Shown piece by piece: positions 23,354 to 32,322 of a stretch of DNA of 35,201 nucleotides. The first letter of the stretch is position 1, and every line of letters starts with the position of its first letter. The position numbers and the translations under genes are program-made. The notes under the pieces are model-generated. The model made no database searches, was not told the origin of the DNA, and was given only the letters and a program-made list of their open reading frames with translations. Location of the stretch: NCBI GenBank assembly GCA_964530635.1, contig CAZGYI010000001.1:1-35201 (forward strand), written 5' to 3'. This stretch comes from an uncultured Gammaproteobacteria bacterium (GTDB lineage Bacteria; Patescibacteriota; Patescibacteriia; Veblenbacterales; UBA10138).

Positions 23354-24154
23354 TTAGATTGGAGGGTTTATCTTAGCCAGCTTTCTTTTAATTAAATAAA
23401 AACTGGCTATAATAATCAACAAAATAGATATCAATAATCCTGCTCTCATACCCCAAATTAATAACTGCTCATCAACTCTAATAAATTCCAAAACAAATCG
23501 GACCAAGCTGGCTAATAATAAATACAGCAAAAATACTGTACCGGACAAATACGGCTTTTTTATCATCTGCCATAAAATAATAAAAATAACCAGCAACGCC
23601 AAAAATTCATATAAAAATACCGGATGAAATTGCTCGGCTAAAATATATTCAACTGGCCTAAATTCTGGCTGAATAAATATTCCCCACGGCAGATTAGTGG
23701 GAAAACCAAAAAGCTCTTGATTAAAGTAATTACCCCAACGACCAATCGCCTGCCCCAAGGCCAAGCTCGGAGCAAAAATATCTAACAATTGCCACAGCGA
23801 ATCTTGGTGTTTTTTGGCATACCACCATAAAACCACCAAACCAGCCAACAGGGCGCCATGTATAGCTAATCCCCCTTGCCAAATTTGTAAAATTAACACT
23901 AAATTATCTTTGAATAATTCCCATTCAAACAAAAAAACATCCAGCAACCGTGCGCCTATAAAACCAAATACCACCAATCCAAAACAAAGCCATTCAAAAT
24001 TTTTAGGCTGGCGCTCTGACTTAAGCCAAAGCTTATAAGCTACTAAAAAACCAGCTAAAATTCCTAAAGCTAATAATAACCCATACCAATGGATAGTGAT
24101 AGGACCTAAATTAAAAATAACAGGCGAAGGAATAAAAGTTTGAGAAAAAAACAT
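23354..24154 (-). CDS. lgt: Prolipoprotein diacylglyceryl transferase
   Basis: IHWYGLLLALGILAGF, GARLLDV and GRWGNYFNQELFG are characteristic Lgt motifs. 266 aa, polytopic. Confidence 0.88.
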   Translation of the reverse strand: MFFSQTFIPSPVIFNLGPITIHWYGLLLALGILAGFLVAYKLWLKSERQPKNFEWLCFGLVVFGFIGARLLDVFLFEWELFKDNLVLILQIWQGGLAIHGALLAGLVVLWWYAKKHQDSLWQLLDIFAPSLALGQAIGRWGNYFNQELFGFPTNLPWGIFIQPEFRPVEYILAEQFHPVFLYEFLALLVIFIILWQMIKKPYLSGTVFLLYLLLASLVRFVLEFIRVDEQLLIWGMRAGLLISILLIIIASFYLIKRKLAKINPPI

Positions 24155-24287
24155 AGAAAAATCAGAAATCCTAATCTGTCTGCGGTAGATTAATTTTTAA
24201 ATAATACTAAATTCAAATATTAAAATTTTGAATTTATTATTTAAAATTTGTTTAGGATTTAGTAATTAGATATTAGAATTTTACCAC

Positions 24288-24893
24288 CTATCCGCCAATC
24301 ATTTTTCCCTGAATAATCTCTTTTAACTTAGTCCAATCCTTTATCTGCTCTCCATTAACAAAAAAAGTCGGGGTGGCATTTAATTTACGGCTATCGCCTT
24401 CGCGCAAATCTTCTTTCACTACCCTTTGCTTAGCTCGCGACTGCAAACAAGCAGTAAAACTATCACGGTTTAAATTCAATTCCTGAGCATAACCAATTAG
24501 CTCGTTTTCGGAAAACCTGGGCTGTTGTTCAAATAATTTATCATGATATTCCCAAAATTTTCCCTGATCATTAGCGCATTCAGAAGCTAGCGCCGCTCGA
24601 AAAGCATAAGGATGAATAGAGGATAGCGGAAAATGTTTATAATATAACACCACTTTATCACCAAAAATATCAATAATTTCTTTAACTAAGTTTTGCGCTA
24701 ATTTGCAAGAAGAACACTGAAAATCAGAAAATTCCTCAATCACAACAGCTGCCTCTTTGTTCCCTAAAAAGGGCCGTGGTGAACCAATCTCGGGATAATC
24801 TGGCTGGCCAGCACTTTGCCAAAACCATAATAACACCACAGCGGTTACTATCATTACTAAAGTAAAAACCCAAATCTTAGTGGTACGATTCAT
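24288..24893 (-). CDS. Membrane-anchored DsbA-like thiol:disulfide oxidoreductase (CSSC active site)
   Basis: TM anchor, then VVIEEFSDFQCSSCK, HFPL, GKFWEYHDKLF and the cis-Pro region ATPTFFVNG. The track start 24920 is TTG; ATG 24893 is preferred. Confidence 0.8.
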   Translation of the reverse strand: MNRTTKIWVFTLVMIVTAVVLLWFWQSAGQPDYPEIGSPRPFLGNKEAAVVIEEFSDFQCSSCKLAQNLVKEIIDIFGDKVVLYYKHFPLSSIHPYAFRAALASECANDQGKFWEYHDKLFEQQPRFSENELIGYAQELNLNRDSFTACLQSRAKQRVVKEDLREGDSRKLNATPTFFVNGEQIKDWTKLKEIIQGKMIGG

Positions 24894-24906
24894 AAACTCT
24901 TTAAAA

Positions 24907-25662
24907 TTACTTAATGCCAAGTTCCTCGGCTAATTTAGGTAAATCAGCCAAAGTAAAACCAGTACCACTGGAAGTAGTGCGTTCAAAAATTTTATCTATA
25001 AAAGCCCAATATTTTTCTGCTCCTCCTAATTTGCCAGCGCATTCTGCCGCCTCGGCTCTTTTTTGAGCATTGGCATGAAAATTAAGCGGGAAATGCCTAA
25101 ACACCCAACGGACCTGCCCTGGAAATTCAGCCATAATTTGCTGACGGGTAGGCTGAAAACGTTTGCAAAAAGGGCATTCTAAATCAGAATATTCCACTAC
25201 CGTAACTGAAGCGTTGGGATCGCCTAAGATATAATCATTATCTTTAAGAGAAATATCGACTTTACTAGCTTCTTTGGGAACTTCTCCTTTGAGCGCTTGC
25301 TCTACCACTTTTTTAAAATCCTCATATGGAACGGCCCCTTCCACTAATATTCCATTAACAAAAGTGCTAGGCGTGCCGCCTACCCCAAAATTAGTTCCCT
25401 CTTGCAAATCATTCTGTACTTTGTCAGCAAATTCTCCGCTATCTAAACATTTAGTAAAAGCTGTTGGTTTAATAGTTTGATTACCTGATTCGCCACTTAA
25501 AAAACCAAAAGAAAAATTCTGTCCTGATAACAAAACTAATCCCCAACTAATCAAACTTACTAAAGCTACGCCAGTGATTAAACCAAAAATAAACACCAGT
25601 TTAGGTGAAGCTCCGGTAAAAATACCTAATTTAGTTGGAGGCGTGGGTAATGTATTATCCAT
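24907..25662 (-). CDS. Membrane-anchored DsbA-like protein with circularly permuted segment order (CPFC active site)
   Basis: After the TM anchor comes the usual C-terminal DsbA segment (FTKCLDSGEF...GVGGTPSTFVNG). It is followed by the usual N-terminal part (VTVVEYSDLECPFCK, HFPL, KYWAFIDKIFE ...LAEELGIK-stop). Confidence 0.75.
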   Translation of the reverse strand: MDNTLPTPPTKLGIFTGASPKLVFIFGLITGVALVSLISWGLVLLSGQNFSFGFLSGESGNQTIKPTAFTKCLDSGEFADKVQNDLQEGTNFGVGGTPSTFVNGILVEGAVPYEDFKKVVEQALKGEVPKEASKVDISLKDNDYILGDPNASVTVVEYSDLECPFCKRFQPTRQQIMAEFPGQVRWVFRHFPLNFHANAQKRAEAAECAGKLGGAEKYWAFIDKIFERTTSSGTGFTLADLPKLAEELGIK

Positions 25663-25814
25663 AAATAAAAAATTAATAATTAAATAACTAGAAAAATTAT
25701 ATCACGCTACTGGGGTTGATGTCTAATTACTGTTACGGTCAATACCAAAGTTAACTTACTCAACCAGCGGGAGTTGGCTAAAAATTATTTAGCTAAACAC
25801 CCTACAACAAGGTC

Positions 25815-26546
25815 TTAGAATTCATTAAACTTTTTTCTTACCTCTTCAGGAATAATCTTTACCCAATATTCATAAGGCGGGGAACCTTCTACTATTCTAC
25901 CATTAATAAAAAAGGTAGGTGTACCGCGAACGCCTGCTGCCAAACCAGCATTAAAATCATCCTCTATCCCAACTAAATTAGAAGCGGAGATTAAGCAATT
26001 GTTAAATTTCTCTTCAGCTAAGCCTAAACTACGAGCTAAGGTTAAATATAAATTGGTATTTAAATCATCCTGATAAGTAAAAAGTAAATCATGATATTCC
26101 CAAAATTTTCCCTGCTCAAAAGCGCAATTAGCCGCTATAGCAGCCGAGACAGCTTCAGAATGAATAGAACTTACTGGAAAATCGCGGAAAATAAATCTTA
26201 TTGTATCGGGATATTGGCTTAACACTCGTTTAATTATGGGCACTGATTCGCGAGAATAAGGACATTGGAAATCGCTAAAAACCATCAGAACAACTGGCGC
26301 TGACAAAGGACCTAAACTGGGGCCATTGCTGGTAGCCAAAATATTATTAACGCTAGTGATTAAATTTGTAGTTGGAGAATTTGTGTTATTAGCCAAATTA
26401 TTATCACCTATAAACAAACTAATAAACAGGGGCAAGCCAAACCAAATTGCCACTAAACCAAGCAATATCCATAACCAAGGTCTTTGATACCACATTTTTT
26501 TAGCCCGTGGCAGGGGCGGTATTAATTGAGTTATTTCCTCGGACAT
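25815..26546 (-). CDS. Membrane-anchored DsbA-like protein with a single-Cys CPYS motif
   Basis: VVLMVFSDFQCPYSRES, DFPV, GKFWEYHDLLF and GTPTFFINGR in canonical order. Ser replaces the second active-site Cys. Confidence 0.8.
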   Translation of the reverse strand: MSEEITQLIPPLPRAKKMWYQRPWLWILLGLVAIWFGLPLFISLFIGDNNLANNTNSPTTNLITSVNNILATSNGPSLGPLSAPVVLMVFSDFQCPYSRESVPIIKRVLSQYPDTIRFIFRDFPVSSIHSEAVSAAIAANCAFEQGKFWEYHDLLFTYQDDLNTNLYLTLARSLGLAEEKFNNCLISASNLVGIEDDFNAGLAAGVRGTPTFFINGRIVEGSPPYEYWVKIIPEEVRKKFNEF

Positions 26547-26552
26547 ACTGGT

Positions 26553-27305
26553 TTAAAATGGTATTTGATAATTTATTAACATAGTTACCCAGCCTAAAAA
26601 TTTCTTCCACCAACCTAATATTAATAATACTCCCATTAAGATAATTATCCAACCGCCAATTTTAGTTAGTAAATTTATTGCTCTAATCCGCTGTTTTAGC
26701 CAAGGCAGAACACTGCTAATTAATAAACCGACTACTAAAAAAGGAATGGTTAAACCAAAAGTAAAACCAGTTAGCCACCAGACACCTTGCCAAAGATTAG
26801 TTGAAAAAACTCCAGTCCAAATTAAAATAGTTGCCAACACTGGCCCAATACAGGGCGACCACCCTAAAGCAAAGGTGGCGCCTACTAAAATTACATTAAT
26901 TGGTTGATAACGCGTTAATTGCTTGGGGAAATTAATTTTAAACGTGCGATATAAAGCTGGCAATTTAAAAATTTCTATTAAATAAATACCCAACAAAATC
27001 AAAAAACCTCCGCCAATCTTTTCCAACAATAATCTTTTGCTTCTAAAAAACTGTCCGACGGTCGTAGCAGTTAACCCTAGAATAAAAAATACTACACCAA
27101 AACCCAGAGCAAATAATAAACTATTAATAATTACCCGCCTACGAACAGCCAGGGCCTGCCGATCGCTGACTATTTCTTTAATACTTAAACCAGTAATTAA
27201 CGACAGATATACTGGCAGCATAGGCCAAACACAAGGTGATAAAAAAGCTATTGAACCGGCTAAAAAGGCAATAAAAAAATTAATTTGACTACCTTCTAAA
27301 AACAT
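26553..27305 (-). CDS. ccdA: CcdA/DsbD-family transmembrane thiol-disulfide electron transporter
   Basis: 250 aa, about 6 TM helices. Conserved Cys in LSPCVWPMLPVYLS and WSPCIGPVLATIL. Confidence 0.85.
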   Translation of the reverse strand: MFLEGSQINFFIAFLAGSIAFLSPCVWPMLPVYLSLITGLSIKEIVSDRQALAVRRRVIINSLLFALGFGVVFFILGLTATTVGQFFRSKRLLLEKIGGGFLILLGIYLIEIFKLPALYRTFKINFPKQLTRYQPINVILVGATFALGWSPCIGPVLATILIWTGVFSTNLWQGVWWLTGFTFGLTIPFLVVGLLISSVLPWLKQRIRAINLLTKIGGWIIILMGVLLILGWWKKFLGWVTMLINYQIPF

Positions 27306-27309
27306 AATT

Positions 27310-27882
27310 TTATACTTTTTGAGTTAATTTTCTCCTGGTGACTAATTGAACAATAATTAATACTAAGACAACTATAATAATCGCCAAAGTTACATTTTTT
27401 ATAATATCACTTAATAAAAGAAAGCTATGACCTAAAAATCTACCCAGCATCACAAATAATATAGACCATAATAAACCGGCAGGTATATCAACTTTTAAAA
27501 ATTCTTTAAAATTCATCCTAGCCATTCCGGCAATAACAATTGACGAATGACCAAAAGAATAAATAAATTTAGTAATAAATAATGTTTTTTTGCCGTTTTC
27601 TTCAAAGTGTTGTTGTAACGCTTGAATACGAGACTGTTTCAACCAAATTAACCTGCCAAAACGATTTAACAAAGGTCTACCCCAACGATAACCAATTCTA
27701 AACCAAATAATATCACCAATAACCACCCCCGCAAAAGTAACAATAATGGAAATAAAAACATCTAAACTACCTAAAGAAGAAAGCCAGCCAGCCGCCAGAG
27801 GAAAAATTTCGCCCTCTACTACTACTCCCAAAAATAAAACAATATATCCATAAGTAGCAATCAATTCAGTAATACCATTCAT
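27310..27882 (-). CDS. DedA-family membrane protein
   Basis: GYIVLFLGVVVEGEIFPLAAG and FGRLIW...FITKFIYSFGHSSIVIAGM, 190 aa. Confidence 0.75.
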   Translation of the reverse strand: MNGITELIATYGYIVLFLGVVVEGEIFPLAAGWLSSLGSLDVFISIIVTFAGVVIGDIIWFRIGYRWGRPLLNRFGRLIWLKQSRIQALQQHFEENGKKTLFITKFIYSFGHSSIVIAGMARMNFKEFLKVDIPAGLLWSILFVMLGRFLGHSFLLLSDIIKNVTLAIIIVVLVLIIVQLVTRRKLTQKV

Positions 27883-27891
27883 ATCAATAAA

Positions 27892-29352
27892 CTATGAATT
27901 AATATCAGGCCAAGGCCAAGAACCGCGCGCTATTTCATAAGCATAAGCTAGTTGCAATAATAATCCTTCTGACCAAGCCGGACCAATCATTTGCAAGCCC
28001 ACTGGCAAATTATCAGCTACCCCACAAGGTATTGAAACGGCTGGCAGACCAGCGATATTTACTGGCACAGTATTAATATCTGCTAAATACATTGCTAAAG
28101 GATCGCTGGCTTTTTCCCCTAAAACAAAAGCGGTAGTGGGGGTAGTGGGGCCAAGCACTACATCTACTTTGCTAAAAGCCTTTTTAAAATCATTTTTTAT
28201 AGCTTCTCGTGCTAAAATTGCTTTACGGTAATAAGCATCATAATAACCAGCTGATAAAACATAAGTACCTAAAATAATACGGCGTTTAACTTCGGCACCC
28301 AATAACTGCCCTCGTGTTTTAGTATAAAATTCAAATAAATTAGGAGAAGCTACCGCCCGACCATAACGTACGCCATCATAACGCGCTAAATTAGCGCTAA
28401 CTTCTGCTGGGGTAATAATATAATAAGTCGCTACGCCCAAAGGTACACTGGGCAGACTTACTTCTGTTATCCGATGTCCAAGATTTTGTATGATTTTGAT
28501 TGCCTGATTAACTTCTGTTTTTACTTTACTATCTAAACCTTCAGCAAAAAATTCCCGCGCTACGCCCAAATGTAATTTTTTAGGCGCTTGTTCTAATAAT
28601 TTAACATAATCTGGCACTGCTAACTTTTGGCTAGTAGCATCATTGGCATCATAGCCAGCAATAACTTGCAATACCTCAGCTGCTTCTTTTACTGTCATAG
28701 CCAACGGCCCTACTGTATCAAAAGAAGAAGCCATAGCAATCAAACCATAACGGGATACCAAACCATAAGTTGGCTTTACTCCCACCAAACCACAAAAGCT
28801 AGCTGGTTGTCTAATAGAACCAGCTGTATCGCTAGCTATCGACACTCGGCATTCACGAGCAGCCACTGCTGCTGCTGAACCTGAAGATGAACCACCAGGC
28901 ACGTGCTGTTGGTTCCAAGGATTGCAAGTCACTTGGTAGCCAGAATTTTCCCCCGAGGCGCCCATAGCAAATTCATCACAATTGGTCTTGCCTAAGATTA
29001 TAGCGTCAGCCGTTAATAATTTTTCCACCGCTGTGGCATTATAGGGTGGTAGATAATTTTGTAAAATTCGCGAAGCGGCAGTAGTTGCCACGCCCCGAGT
29101 CAGCAAAACATCTTTAATTGCTATCGGAACTCCATATAAACTTCCTAATTTTTCTTCTCTGGCAATTTTTTTATCAATGACTTTAGCTTGCTCTAAAGCT
29201 AATTCAGCTGTTACTTGTAAATAAGCTTTAATTTTAATATCTACTTTAGCAATATGTTTTAAATATGCTTGCGTGATTTCTACTGCAGACCATTCACTGT
29301 GTCTTAAACCTATTTGTAGTTGACTAATGGATAAATTTAATAAATCACTCAT
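27892..29352 (-). CDS. gatA: Glu/Asp-tRNA amidotransferase subunit A
   Basis: Amidase signature GGSSSGSAAAVAA, plus IAIKD and CDEFAMG. ATG 29352 lies 1 nt after the gatC stop. The track start 29367 is TTG. Confidence 0.92.
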   Translation of the reverse strand: MSDLLNLSISQLQIGLRHSEWSAVEITQAYLKHIAKVDIKIKAYLQVTAELALEQAKVIDKKIAREEKLGSLYGVPIAIKDVLLTRGVATTAASRILQNYLPPYNATAVEKLLTADAIILGKTNCDEFAMGASGENSGYQVTCNPWNQQHVPGGSSSGSAAAVAARECRVSIASDTAGSIRQPASFCGLVGVKPTYGLVSRYGLIAMASSFDTVGPLAMTVKEAAEVLQVIAGYDANDATSQKLAVPDYVKLLEQAPKKLHLGVAREFFAEGLDSKVKTEVNQAIKIIQNLGHRITEVSLPSVPLGVATYYIITPAEVSANLARYDGVRYGRAVASPNLFEFYTKTRGQLLGAEVKRRIILGTYVLSAGYYDAYYRKAILAREAIKNDFKKAFSKVDVVLGPTTPTTAFVLGEKASDPLAMYLADINTVPVNIAGLPAVSIPCGVADNLPVGLQMIGPAWSEGLLLQLAYAYEIARGSWPWPDINS

Positions 29353-29353
29353 A

Positions 29354-29638
29354 TTATTTCTGCCCAAAAACTGGCGGCGCTTTGATTAATTTATGCTGGT
29401 CTGTTTTATCAGCTATTAACAAGTTTTCGTCTAATGAAAATTTTCTAACCTGATCCGCTCTTAAAGCAGAATCTACTGTTTCTGATTGACTATTTACTTT
29501 ACTAGCCAGTTTATTAACTTTACCTACATAATCTAAAATATCGGCCAGTTCTTTACTTAACCGGTTTATTTCCTGATCTGTTAATTGCAATCTTGCTAGT
29601 TTAGACAAATGTTCAACTTCTGATTTTGGTAATGACAT
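29354..29638 (-). CDS. gatC: Glu/Asp-tRNA amidotransferase subunit C
   Basis: 94 aa. VEHLSKLARLQLTDQEINRLSKELADILDYV is a typical GatC sequence. Directly upstream of gatA. Confidence 0.88.
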   Translation of the reverse strand: MSLPKSEVEHLSKLARLQLTDQEINRLSKELADILDYVGKVNKLASKVNSQSETVDSALRADQVRKFSLDENLLIADKTDQHKLIKAPPVFGQK

Positions 29639-29645
29639 ATTAATA

Positions 29646-29674
29646 ATTTTAAGCCAATTTTAGAGTTTTGGCAA
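29646..29674 (-). promoter_or_regulatory. gatC promoter predicting a leaderless mRNA
   Basis: Minus strand TTGCCA (29674-29669), a 17-nt spacer, TAAAAT (29651-29646), then 7 nt to ATG 29638. No Shine-Dalgarno is possible at that spacing. Confidence 0.55.
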
Positions 29675-29816
29675 AAATACTTAAACTCCTTTTGCCCCCG
29701 CGCTTGACAAATTTTTACAATATAACGACAATTAAAGTGTCTAAATGCAGGATGCGGGTAAATATTTTCCCTTCTTAAAAAGGGATTAATTAGTGGATTA
29801 GTGAACCTGTATCCTG

Positions 29817-29861
29817 CTGAAAAACAAAAAGGCGATTGTTTAAGTATTAATAATCGCCTTT
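29817..29861 (-). terminator. Rho-independent terminator downstream of ligA and the X/Y repeat
   Basis: Minus strand AAAGGCGATT...AATCGCCTTT (10 bp; 29852-29861 with 29828-29837), then TTTTGTTTTTC. Confidence 0.7.
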
Positions 29862-29898
29862 TTCCTAAAATAAATCCTTATACGCCAAAATTATTAAT

Positions 29899-30178
29899 TT
29901 AATATTGCCACCATCGCGTAAGCCTGCTGCGGAGCGGAAGTTGGCGAACGCGGGCGCGAGCGTGTTGCGTCCTTGCTGCATAGCGAGCGCCAGTGAGCCA
30001 AACGACCTGCCCGCCGTCCGCCTTCCTCTATGAAGGTGTGGAGATAAAGTGTTTTTAGTTGACGATGAATGGAAGTAATCACCAACTTAGACTTTGGCAG
30101 GCGGGGCACCGCTCAGGCTGAAGCGCCTAGGTGGCGATTCTTTCTGCTATTTCTTTAAAAGAAATGGCAAAGAAATAA
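29899..30178. repeat. Family X copy 2 carrying a nested family Y module (30006-30104), plus an AT hairpin
   Basis: 29899-30005 aligns with 7447-7555. Y termini are CCTGCCCGCCGTCCGCC (30006-) and CTTAGACTTTGGCAGGCGG (30086-30104). Long-range segmented helix: GCCACC/GGTGGC, GCG/CGC, GCCTG/CAGGC and GCGG/CCGC, between about 29905-29933 and 30107-30137. Confidence 0.5.
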
Positions 30179-30241
30179 CTACCTCCGCCGAAAAAATAAA
30201 AAAGCAATAAGAAAAATTACCTAAAAAAGTAACAAAAACAT

Positions 30242-32242
30242 TTAACTGACTAACTTTAAAAATTCATCCTCGTTAATTATCTTCACGCCTAATTTTTTGG
30301 CTGTCTCTGCTTTACTCCCAGGATTTTCACCCACCACTACTAAATCTGTTTCTTTACTTACTGATTCACTAACTTTACCACCAACTCGCCTAATGACTTG
30401 TTTGACTTCTTCCCTGGTAAAATTTTGTAAAGTACCAGTGACTACTACTATCTGGCCAACTAATTTACCTTGCTGGCTAATTGTTGCTGTTTTTTTAATA
30501 ACTATACCTAAATCCTGTAATCGCCTAATAAATTTACGATTATGGCTATTTTGAAAAAAATCATAAATGCTTTTAGCCACTACTGGCCCAATATCTGCTA
30601 CTTCTTCCAACTCTGACAAACTGGCTTGTTGTAGGTGAGTCAAACTGCCAAAATGGGAAGCCAATTCAATAGCTGTTTCCTCACCAACATGACGAATGCC
30701 CAAAGCATTAATAAAACGAGGTAATTCAATTGTTTTAGCTTTGGTAACTGACTCTATCAAATTCTGTGCTGACTTTTCAGCAAAACGCTCCAACGGCTTC
30801 AAGTCACCAACAGTCAAAACAAAAATGTCGGCAGCGTTTTTAATTAAACCTTGAGCTAATAATTGATCTAGTATTTTAGGACCCAAACCATCTATGTCAA
30901 AGTTTTTCTTACCCACAAAATGATAAAGACGTTCGCGCGTCACTGCATAACAATTTTTATTAGTGCAATACCAAGCCACTTCTCCCGCACGCCGTTTAAC
31001 AGCCGAGCCGCAAACCGGACAGACTTTAGGCATGGCAAAAGATTTTTCCCTGCCACTGCGCAGCTTGGGCAAAACTTTAACAATATCTGGAATAATATCA
31101 CCAGCTTTTTGCACAATTACAGTATCACCAACTCTAACATCTAAACGTTTAATTTCATCTTCATTATGCAGTGTGGCACGAGATACAGTAGTGCCAGCCA
31201 ACTTAACTGGCTCTAAAACTACCACCGGCGTTAAAGCGCCAGTACGGCCAACTTGTATTATAATATCTTTTATTCTAGTGGTAGCTTGTTCAGCGGGAAA
31301 TTTAAAAGCAATCATCCAACGTTCAGTTTTACCCACACTCCCCAAACGCCTTTGTTGTTTTATATCATTTACTACCAAAACTACGCCGTCGGTTTGATAA
31401 GGCAATTTTTGCCTTTTACTTTCCCATTCTTTAATATAAGTACTTATGGCTGCCAAATTAGGTAGAGAGCGACAATAAGGATTAATTTTGAATCCCAATT
31501 GTTTTAATAAATTATGTACTTCCTCGTGAGTTGTTTGTCCCGCATCGGTTAATATTTCAAACGCATAAAAATTCATTGCTCGCTGGCTGGCGATTTTAGA
31601 ATCAAGCTGCCTAATAGAGCCAGCGGCTAAATTACGAGGATTAGCAAAAACGGATAATCCCTTAGCTTGCTGCTCTAAGTTAATACGCTCTAATTCTTTT
31701 TTATAAATCACCACCTCGCCTCTTACTTCTAAATAAGCCGGTAGCGACTGATTAATTTTTTCTAAACGCAATGGTATGCTTTCAATAGTGCGTAAATTAG
31801 AAGTTACCTCCTCGCCCGCCAAACCATTTCCTCGAGTGGCGCCTCTAACTAATAATCCTTGTTCATAAGTTAACACAATAGCCAATCCATCCATTTTCAA
31901 TTCACCAAAGTAACTGGTTATTTTCTCTTTTAATAATTTTTCATTGCGTTCTTGCCAATCTTGAATTTCTTCTAAACTAAAAGCATCTTCAATTGAAATA
32001 ACTGGCCGCGAGTGCCTGACTTTTTTAAATTTAGCCAAAGGTTCTCCACCCACCCGTTGAGTGGGAGAATCGGCCGTGATTAAATCAGGATACTGCTGCT
32101 CTAATTTAAATAATTCATGTTTTAAGGAGTCAAGAGCGCCATCTGAAATCTCCTGCTTATCTAAAACATGATAAAGATAACGATGGCGATCAATCTCCGC
32201 TCTTAACTTTTTAATACGCTCGACTGCCTGATGTTTGGTCAT
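30242..32242 (-). CDS. ligA: NAD-dependent DNA ligase
   Basis: Adenylation motif ELKMDGLA, a four-Cys zinc finger (CPVCGS...C..C), HhH repeats and a C-terminal BRCT. ATG 32242 (MTKHQAVERIKKLR) is preferred over track start 32263. Confidence 0.93.
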   Translation of the reverse strand: MTKHQAVERIKKLRAEIDRHRYLYHVLDKQEISDGALDSLKHELFKLEQQYPDLITADSPTQRVGGEPLAKFKKVRHSRPVISIEDAFSLEEIQDWQERNEKLLKEKITSYFGELKMDGLAIVLTYEQGLLVRGATRGNGLAGEEVTSNLRTIESIPLRLEKINQSLPAYLEVRGEVVIYKKELERINLEQQAKGLSVFANPRNLAAGSIRQLDSKIASQRAMNFYAFEILTDAGQTTHEEVHNLLKQLGFKINPYCRSLPNLAAISTYIKEWESKRQKLPYQTDGVVLVVNDIKQQRRLGSVGKTERWMIAFKFPAEQATTRIKDIIIQVGRTGALTPVVVLEPVKLAGTTVSRATLHNEDEIKRLDVRVGDTVIVQKAGDIIPDIVKVLPKLRSGREKSFAMPKVCPVCGSAVKRRAGEVAWYCTNKNCYAVTRERLYHFVGKKNFDIDGLGPKILDQLLAQGLIKNAADIFVLTVGDLKPLERFAEKSAQNLIESVTKAKTIELPRFINALGIRHVGEETAIELASHFGSLTHLQQASLSELEEVADIGPVVAKSIYDFFQNSHNRKFIRRLQDLGIVIKKTATISQQGKLVGQIVVVTGTLQNFTREEVKQVIRRVGGKVSESVSKETDLVVVGENPGSKAETAKKLGVKIINEDEFLKLVS

Positions 32243-32322
32243 AATTAATAAATTAAAAATCAAAGCTTAACTTTAACCTCTTTTTAATTCTAACTTCAAC
32301 ACGCTTAATTATGTTTAAACTT

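Noticed and set aside
29894-30109. 71-aa Arg-rich minus-strand ORF
   Set aside because: It spans the X2/Y2 structured repeats. Substitutions between the repeat copies do not follow codon periodicity. It is a composition artefact of GC-rich DNA.
2298-32263. Numerous 60-144-aa ORFs antisense to ileS, argS, ligA, gatA, ccdA, lgt and the giant genes
   Set aside because: Each is embedded opposite a long, well-supported CDS and lacks independent signals. These are typical shadow ORFs.
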